Below are positions 53,040 through 59,357 of a DNA stretch of 59,357 nt, in pieces (position 1 is the first letter of the stretch; each line of letters begins with the position of its first letter). The notes beneath the pieces were generated by a model that saw nothing but the letters and a program-made list of their open reading frames with translations, did not search any database and had not been told where the DNA came from. Made by a program: the position numbers and the translations under genes. This DNA comes from a virus (taxonomy: Duplodnaviria > Caudoviricetes): positions 1 through 59,357 of IMG/VR virus record IMGVR_UViG_3300028840_003776; one strand, written 5' to 3'.

Positions 53040-53832
53040 TGTATTTATCCCATATACTTTTTAATGTCTTATTTTGAGAATAACAATTATCCCATGGTTT
53101 ATGCATACCGTGAAAATGATATAATTTGCATTTCTTATAATCACTATGAATGCAAGGCGGATGAGCTTTAAAGTTATCAGTTATACAATTTGCCGGAGCG
53201 CACCAAGTATCATCTAGTTGAAAAATATCATTATAACAGACCACATTGAGCGCAATTTGATCAGCTGTTTTATACTTAATAATAAAATCAATTAATTTTT
53301 TTGTAATTTCTTTTTGACGCCATTTCTTTAAATCAATTACCGCCTGACCAGAGTTGTAATTTGTATTATTAATATCGCAGTCGTAATTTATAAATGCTTC
53401 AGTTTCATCTACGTGACCTTGATAAAATATTGTCTTTCTAATTGAATCACCAAACTGACTTCTCACTAACCCGATCATTTTATCGCCTAAATCAATGTCC
53501 CATAATTCTTTTATATCAGCATTTAAGAGGCAATCAGGTTCTAAATAAATACATCGATCAATTTCAGGTATTTTGTCAGCAATTAACCAGCGAAAAAACA
53601 TTGCCTTACTTTTTACTTTGTCCCTTTTAAAATCTTTGATTTCAGGAATATCTACATTTGTGATTACTTTAAAACCTCTTTGACCATATTCGGCTAAATA
53701 ATAAGAATTAAAATTCCTTCCAGTTAAAATATAAATTTGAATTTGCTCTTTAGTCCAAGCTTTTATTGAGTTGATGCAATTATAAATTTTATCGCCTAAT
53801 TTAGTATCAATACAAAAAACTATATTAATCAT
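53026..53832 (-). CDS. GT8 glycosyltransferase
   Basis: INIVFCID, R..I..IP...RCIYLEPD, YNSG..VIDLKKWR, DQIALN, HFHG..KPW. Confidence 0.85.
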   Translation of the reverse strand: MINIVFCIDTKLGDKIYNCINSIKAWTKEQIQIYILTGRNFNSYYLAEYGQRGFKVITNVDIPEIKDFKRDKVKSKAMFFRWLIADKIPEIDRCIYLEPDCLLNADIKELWDIDLGDKMIGLVRSQFGDSIRKTIFYQGHVDETEAFINYDCDINNTNYNSGQAVIDLKKWRQKEITKKLIDFIIKYKTADQIALNVVCYNDIFQLDDTWCAPANCITDNFKAHPPCIHSDYKKCKLYHFHGMHKPWDNCYSQNKTLKSIWDKYNDSN

Positions 53833-54010
53833 TGACCTGCATAATTTGTAAAGTTATTTTATTGTCGCTATATATCTCTAATAATTTCCTTATAAGCCAA
53901 CTAAGAGATGATAAATTGTCTTTTTTTAATTTCTTTTTAACTTTTTCAATTATCTTTTTATCAAGACAAACTGAATATCTATTATGTGTTAAATTTTCTT
54001 TCGTTTTCAT
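53825..54010 (-). CDS. Ribbon-helix-helix DNA-binding protein
   Basis: RYSVCLD...SLSWLIRKLLE pattern. Confidence 0.55.
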   Translation of the reverse strand: MKTKENLTHNRYSVCLDKKIIEKVKKKLKKDNLSSLSWLIRKLLEIYSDNKITLQIMQVND

Positions 54011-54015
54011 TTCTT

Positions 54016-54044
54016 ATTATATAATTATTAAATACTAATGTCAA
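54016..54044 (-). promoter_or_regulatory. Sigma70-type promoter heading the glycan operon
   Basis: TTGACA-17 nt-TATAAT; the -10 box ends 5 nt before the ATG. Confidence 0.8.
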
Positions 54045-54424
54045 TTGCCATTGAAATATTTTTGTAAAAATAATCTATACTCCTGATTATATCCCTGCCT
54101 AATATAAGTGATCGGCCATATCGCCCTAAATGCTAATTCAGGGTATTTTCTCATTCTTGACTCCATTCTTTCCGCTCTATATGTACTAATGTTTCCATAT
54201 GACCTATGAGTTGTACAGTTGCAAGTATTGTGCATTAGGCAAGTATTAAAAACAGAATGAATAAATAACGGATAGCATCTTATTGCCCATTTTTCTTTAT
54301 GCAACCTGTGCTGAATATCGATTTTATTTCCGGAGATATCTAATTCCCTTCCGCAAGCAGGACAAATATTATTTTGCTTATTGTAATGAAATAAATAAAT
54401 TTCTCTATAATTTAACATTTTCAT
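54041..54424 (-). CDS. HNH-like protein
   Basis: CPACG, QH, N..L.H..CN. Confidence 0.5.
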   Translation of the reverse strand: MKMLNYREIYLFHYNKQNNICPACGRELDISGNKIDIQHRLHKEKWAIRCYPLFIHSVFNTCLMHNTCNCTTHRSYGNISTYRAERMESRMRKYPELAFRAIWPITYIRQGYNQEYRLFLQKYFNGN

Positions 54425-54697
54425 ATTTTCTATAATTACCCGGCAATGACCAATCTTTTTTATTATTCCTATTTATTAATTTTTTTTCTTTCTCAACTTT
54501 GTCTTTATAAATTTTAATTTTTTCTTTGCATAAAATTAAATACTCAATCAACTCGGGATTATCTAAATTTTTTTTTTTGCAGCTTTCAGGAATCCCGGGA
54601 ATTATTTTTTGTCGAAGATAACTAAAAAATGCTGTAGTACTAACATCCATAAATTCATATTTAAAATATAATGCTACATCAGTTTTGTATAACACAC

Positions 54698-55258
54698 TTA
54701 CTCCTGAATATAATATTTAAATGCCTTTTTTAAATAATTAGTTCTCCACTCGTGCTTATGTTTGAACTTCCCTGTATAGCCGCCGAATCGTGAAACAGCC
54801 TGAGTATAACAGCCATTGGCTTCATCTCTATAATCTTTTAAAACCTTTCCACCAACTTCGGTATTAACTCCGATATATTTTAATACATTTATTATGTTAG
54901 TCCCTTTATGTTTTTTTAATAATTTTTTATACCTTCCATTGCGTGCTTTGTAAACCTTGTCTTTATGGAAATCAACATTTACTTGATATAATCCAAAACA
55001 AGTATTATTAAAATTTATTGCCTTCCAATCAAACTCACTTTCTGCTTCGCAAATGCCGACAAAAAGTTTTATAGGATGATTATATTTATAAGCATTTATT
55101 CTTATACATTTTGCAATTCTTTTTTTATGTGGAACATCATACTTATTAATTATTGATTCAATAAAAATTAAGTCGTGATCAATTTTACTTTTTAAATTTA
55201 ATTCGTCTCGATAAGCAAAAGCAGTAAATACAATTAATAATATTATTAATTTTTTCAT
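54698..55258 (-). CDS. Lytic transglycosylase (SLT-like) with signal sequence
   Basis: AESEFD..A, GLYQV, N..VG..VL motifs. Confidence 0.75.
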   Translation of the reverse strand: MKKLIILLIVFTAFAYRDELNLKSKIDHDLIFIESIINKYDVPHKKRIAKCIRINAYKYNHPIKLFVGICEAESEFDWKAINFNNTCFGLYQVNVDFHKDKVYKARNGRYKKLLKKHKGTNIINVLKYIGVNTEVGGKVLKDYRDEANGCYTQAVSRFGGYTGKFKHKHEWRTNYLKKAFKYYIQE

Positions 55259-55486
55259 TCGTTTCTCCTGCCCTGAAGTATACTCGATTAAGTTTATTTT
55301 TTCAAGATCATCAATTGTTCTTTAGTTTTAATGCACCAAGGATGATAAAAAAATTTTTCGCCGTCTTTTGTTTGATTGGAAACCATTTCTCTGACCTGAT
55401 TCCCCTCATGATTTATATACATTCCAATCTCACTTTCGCAAAAATCGCAGACAGTAATTTCTTGACCACATCGTTTGCAAATTTTT

Positions 55487-55978
55487 TTAACCATTTGATT
55501 CTCTCCTTAAAATCCTATAAAAATCAATTGGTATATTAAAAATATCCTTATGACAATTATAGGCTAATTTATTATTTATAAAAAATTCTTTCTTTAAACT
55601 TTTCTCTCCGGCATCTAACATTGAAATTATTTTATCAATTAAAATAAAATGGACTTGTTTAATTTTGTTAGGCAACCAAGTATAAATTGCAATTAAACCA
55701 AAGGAACCAATTCGGCTATTTACATCAACTAAATTTTCAATCTGATGTTCTGCTATACTGCTCAGACTAAATGATCTATAATCATTTTTTAATTTCATAT
55801 ACTTACCTTCAATAGCAATACAGAACCCTGCATCTTCTACAGCAAAAATATCGTAAGGCTTTTCCGTCATAAAGCGATTGTCTCCACCCGGTATTCCAGA
55901 GTCGGGGATTTTATTACAATGCCAATCAATATTTCGAAAACTTCGTACAAGTATCGAATTAAAATTAGTCTCTCTCAT
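55487..55978 (-). CDS. recU: RecU-like Holliday junction resolvase
   Basis: KIPD, PYD, AIEGK, I.EHQIENL. Confidence 0.7.
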   Translation of the reverse strand: MRETNFNSILVRSFRNIDWHCNKIPDSGIPGGDNRFMTEKPYDIFAVEDAGFCIAIEGKYMKLKNDYRSFSLSSIAEHQIENLVDVNSRIGSFGLIAIYTWLPNKIKQVHFILIDKIISMLDAGEKSLKKEFFINNKLAYNCHKDIFNIPIDFYRILRRESNG

Positions 55979-56241
55979 TATTTATCCTCATTTGGTGATT
56001 CTGGTAGTGGCATCCAGTGGGTTACCTCATAATCATCATCCCATTCTGGGGCAAAACATGTTATATCACCATAACAATTTGCCCATACCCATCCTGACGT
56101 CTCATTTCCATTTTCATCAATAGCGCCATCTATATATTGATATTCAAAAACCATAATTTCATTATTTGTACACTGTGGAGTAATTCCAAAAACTATTTGA
56201 TTTTCTTCAGGCAATCTATCTTTTACACTTATCCATTCCAT
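55978..56241 (-). CDS. DUF551 family protein
   Basis: WISVKDRLPE...VTHWMPLPE.P. Confidence 0.9.
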   Translation of the reverse strand: MEWISVKDRLPEENQIVFGITPQCTNNEIMVFEYQYIDGAIDENGNETSGWVWANCYGDITCFAPEWDDDYEVTHWMPLPESPNEDK

Positions 56242-57249
56242 TATTTACTCTCCTTAGATATCTCAATATCAACTAACTTTTGAAATTCAGGCATTATATT
56301 TAATTCTATTCCAGTAAAGTAATCATCAACAACGCATTTAATAATTTTGTTTTCATCATTCAGCAAACATTCAATATATTGTCCTTTGAAATGAATACCT
56401 ATAATTCTATGCATCATTTATCCTCCTTTAATGCTTCTCTGGCTTTTTTACCAATATCGTTATCAATAACACTATACCCATAACCAGTATCATTTATATA
56501 ATAATCCTTTTTACTATAAAACTCTAAGGCTTCTTTCATTTTTCTATTTTCTTTTTCAAGTTCTGCTATGCGTTCTCTCATTGCCTCTATATTGCTTTTA
56601 GTTTCTCCCAAAACAACGCCTAGCTCTATTAGTTTTTTATTTATTAAATTCATCATTTATCCTCCTTTGACCTCAAACATAATATTCCAGGTAAACAGAT
56701 TGCATACATTTGACAATCTAATATCTGTAGCTTCACTATTACTGCTGCCTAATTCTTTACACTTATAATACCTTTTATCATGATAATCAAATACAATTAA
56801 ATTAATACAGTTCTTACATCTGCTACTGTCAATAGCCTTCCTGTAATTATTTTTAGCCTTAAATAACTGGCAATAACCTTTCTTAGGTGGTTCTTTTTTA
56901 ACTTCATTACCCCAGAAATCAATTTCCATCATTTAATCCTTATTATTAGATTTTGATTGTCTAATCATTATAACCATCATTAAAACACCTATTATAATTA
57001 TTATAATTAAATTTGGTAAATTCATAATAATCTATCTCCCTCGCTTTCTTTTCTTTTTTAACTTCTCTTCATTGTACTGTTTTAATCGATCGTGATCAAT
57101 ATTTGCATCCCTCTGCTTACTAAGTTCCTCTTCTTTTTCTTCTATCTCGCATAGACCGCAATATTCTTTACCACAAATTATTAGCTTTCTAATTTTATGC
57201 TTCGAGCAAATTTCTTTTGATTGCTGAAAAATCCCTTTTTTTAATCCCA

Positions 57250-57723
57250 TTATTTAAATCCTAATTGGTTCATTATATTTGTTGAGTTATCATTTACAAG
57301 CTGTCTATAATCGTTTCTTTTGTGTATATCAAATGTTTCAATAAAAATTTTTCGCATCTCATTTAAGGTATATTCTGATTCTGTAAACCGAAGCTTATTT
57401 AAACCACCTGCAGACTTCAATGCTAATTTTGTATTTTGATTTAAATTATCATAACCCTGCCCGCCATCTTTTGCAACTCTAACTACTTTATCCCACTCAA
57501 TAACTGCAGCTTCTTTATTTGATGATTCCAGTTCGTCGAGTATCATTTTAATTTCAAAAAAACCATCTTTTTTTAAAACGGCATTAAATGCTTTAGCCAA
57601 TTGTTTTATCTCATAATTTTTTAATACCTCGCACCAAGTTGATACTACGAATTTATCAGGTGTCTTATTTTTAAGTGCAAAAAGTTTTTTCACCATTTCT
57701 TTAACTTGAATTATTTTTTCCAT
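57250..57723 (-). CDS. Replication accessory protein (helicase loader/inhibitor-like)
   Basis: Follows the initiator; W..V, GG..L, R..F..F pattern. Confidence 0.5.
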   Translation of the reverse strand: MEKIIQVKEMVKKLFALKNKTPDKFVVSTWCEVLKNYEIKQLAKAFNAVLKKDGFFEIKMILDELESSNKEAAVIEWDKVVRVAKDGGQGYDNLNQNTKLALKSAGGLNKLRFTESEYTLNEMRKIFIETFDIHKRNDYRQLVNDNSTNIMNQLGFK

Positions 57724-57724
57724 A

Positions 57725-58393
57725 CTAAAAATCCCATTTACTTTTCGGTTCTGCTTTTAAAGGAAATAAACCTTGCCAGCCATTTTCGATACTTTGTTTA
57801 ATCATTTTAATAGCTGCATCTGAACCAACTTTTTCTAATTTTGATAATTGAGCTATTGCAGTTGTTGGAGTTATTTTCTTTTTAATCTCTTTTCTGAATT
57901 GAGCCCAAATTTCCCAAGTTTCTTTAAATTCTGGTGTATCTAATACAGTAGGGAATAAAATCTCTTTATTACATGTATTATTCTTTGTATTATTACATGT
58001 ATTATTCTCTTTCGAATTTTCTTGATACCCTATGCGAATTTTCTTGATACCCTGTTCGAATTTATTTGATACCCTATCAAGTTTATTTGATACCTCTTTA
58101 GAATAAAAAACAGTCATTTTAATGATTCTTTTTGAAATTTCTTTACCTTTTCTCTCATATGTTATTTTGATAAAACCTTTTTTTTCAATACTTTTTATAA
58201 TCTGACTGCATCTCTGTTTGGTGATTGCAAAAAAATCAGCGAAATATTGGTTGCTTGCCCAACATCCTTCTTTATTATTTAGACTATCAATTTCCACTAA
58301 AAATATTTTTTCAAGTATTGTTAATTCTTTAGTTAACCATAATTTAGCAGGTATCCATATACCTTTAAATTGTCTTTTTTGATTTTCTTTCAA
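57725..58393 (-). CDS. Replication initiator (lambda O-like, N-terminal HTH)
   Basis: FKGIWIP, CWASNQYFA..F, I..L..KGFI; C-terminal SIENGWQGLF; internal iterons. Confidence 0.85.
   Translation of the reverse strand: MKENQKRQFKGIWIPAKLWLTKELTILEKIFLVEIDSLNNKEGCWASNQYFADFFAITKQRCSQIIKSIEKKGFIKITYERKGKEISKRIIKMTVFYSKEVSNKLDRVSNKFEQGIKKIRIGYQENSKENNTCNNTKNNTCNKEILFPTVLDTPEFKETWEIWAQFRKEIKKKITPTTAIAQLSKLEKVGSDAAIKMIKQSIENGWQGLFPLKAEPKSKWDF
58013..58097. repeat. Four iterons, putative replication origin
   Basis: TTGATACC cores at 58022, 58044, 58066 and 58087 (21-22 bp period) next to an AT-rich duplication at 57966-58007. Confidence 0.85.
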
Positions 58394-58482
58394 TGATTTC
58401 CTCCCATTATTTTTTTGCCCTTCACTATATTGATGATTGAGGGCGATCCGGCCGGAACGCCCTCAATACAGGAAGGAAACTA

Positions 58483-58511
58483 ATTATATAATGATTATTA
58501 TTTTTTCGCAA
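58483..58511 (-). promoter_or_regulatory. Sigma70-type promoter for the replication operon
   Basis: TTGCGA-17 nt-TATAAT. Confidence 0.7.
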
Positions 58512-58521
58512 ATTTCACTTA

Positions 58522-58869
58522 TTACTCTATATCCAACGTGTCTGAAGCAGTCGCAATTACATATGCTCCGGAACTTGTAGACGATTTTTTAAGATCATCA
58601 TTAACATAAATTGAAACAGTTACGCTGCCACTTGTCCCTTGATTCTGTGCTGATATATATAAAAACCAGTCCTTAAAATCATTATATGTATAAGTAACTG
58701 GTAATGGCACATTACTAAATTGCTCTGTGCCTCCGGTCGAATTATTGAGAGTTACGTCAACTGTGCTGGCTGTTCCTGTTATTTTATATTCAACATTATA
58801 AATTTCCGGCTCAAAAAAGTTTGAACAGGAAAAGAAAAATAATGGTATTAATATAAATAATGTTTTCAT
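58522..58869 (-). CDS. Lipoprotein with Ig-like/MmpS-like domain
   Basis: FFFSC lipobox; VEYKITGTA..V.VT, LYISAQN..GSVTVSIYVN. Confidence 0.65.
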   Translation of the reverse strand: MKTLFILIPLFFFSCSNFFEPEIYNVEYKITGTASTVDVTLNNSTGGTEQFSNVPLPVTYTYNDFKDWFLYISAQNQGTSGSVTVSIYVNDDLKKSSTSSGAYVIATASDTLDIE

Positions 58870-59025
58870 TTCAACCTCCTTTTCTTCTTAGTAGGAACTA
58901 TGATTTTATACCCATCTAATGTTATAGGTTCTATTTTAGGTTTGGGAAATATAAAAGTAATATTTTTCCCTACTTCTATTTTCATTGGTTTACTAAAATC
59001 CCATTCAATAATATAATCTCCCATT

Positions 59026-59357
59026 TTAATCCTCCTTATATACTTGTATTAATCTATCTTTAGGGGCTTTTTTCATCATATGATCATAACCATATTTAGC
59101 AAACTGCCAAGCTAAAGTCTTTATAGCTCCTGCCATTGCACCACTCAAGCCTTTTCCCTTTGACTGTTTCAATAAAATTTTATCATACCCTTTATTCCAC
59201 CATTCATTAATTTCTTTATCATCTTTTTGTAAAATTGGATTGTCAAGTATTTTTTCACAAAGTGGAAATATTTCCTGCTGTATTGCATTCTCATATTGCT
59301 GACTAAGTCCGCCCATTTCAACTGACCAGATTGGTTTTCCATCATCCCAATCTTTTA
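59026..59357 (-). CDS. Hypothetical protein spanning the circular junction (true start at position 172)
   Basis: Reads MKYKTTKEMLKDWDDGKPIWSVEMGGLSQQ from ATG 172 with a GGAGG RBS, through the terminal repeat. Confidence 0.75.
   Translation of the reverse strand, partial: KDWDDGKPIWSVEMGGLSQQYENAIQQEIFPLCEKILDNPILQKDDKEINEWWNKGYDKILLKQSKGKGLSGAMAGAIKTLAWQFAKYGYDHMMKKAPKDRLIQVYKED
59214..59357. repeat. Terminal direct repeat, right copy
   Basis: Identical to 1-144. Confidence 0.97.

Overview
This window is an apparently complete, circularly closed genome of a low-GC tailed dsDNA phage with siphovirus-like gene content. Bases 1-144 are identical to 59214-59357 and one ORF reads through that junction, so the unit length is about 59.2 kb. 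Essentially every real gene is on the minus strand, and at least seven near-consensus sigma70-type promoters drive them. In transcription order the modules are: (1) lambda-O-like replication initiator with internal iterons, RecU and a lytic transglycosylase; (2) an ~8 kb glycan-building locus with six glycosyltransferases, three methyltransferases and a radical SAM enzyme, plus a nearby sulfotransferase; (3) a QueC-less 7-deazaguanine DNA-modification locus (queD, queE, PRTase-folE fusion, QueD paralogue, two more glycosyltransferases, TGT/DpdA-like, ParB) running into terminase; (4) a separately promoted insert between terL and portal with an SH3 protein, a ~600 nt non-coding array of hairpins followed by a UUUGGUUU-like motif, a 148 nt tRNA-like RNA whose anticodon arm is replaced by a three-hairpin domain, and a J-domain protein; (5) head, neck and tail genes, including a protease-scaffold-capsid polyprotein, a glycosyltransferase-like gene inside the tail operon and a G/GT -1 frameshift; (6) lysis genes; (7) recombination and early genes. 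No integrase, CI-like repressor or DNA polymerase was recognised. All product calls come from motif recognition by eye, not database searches.
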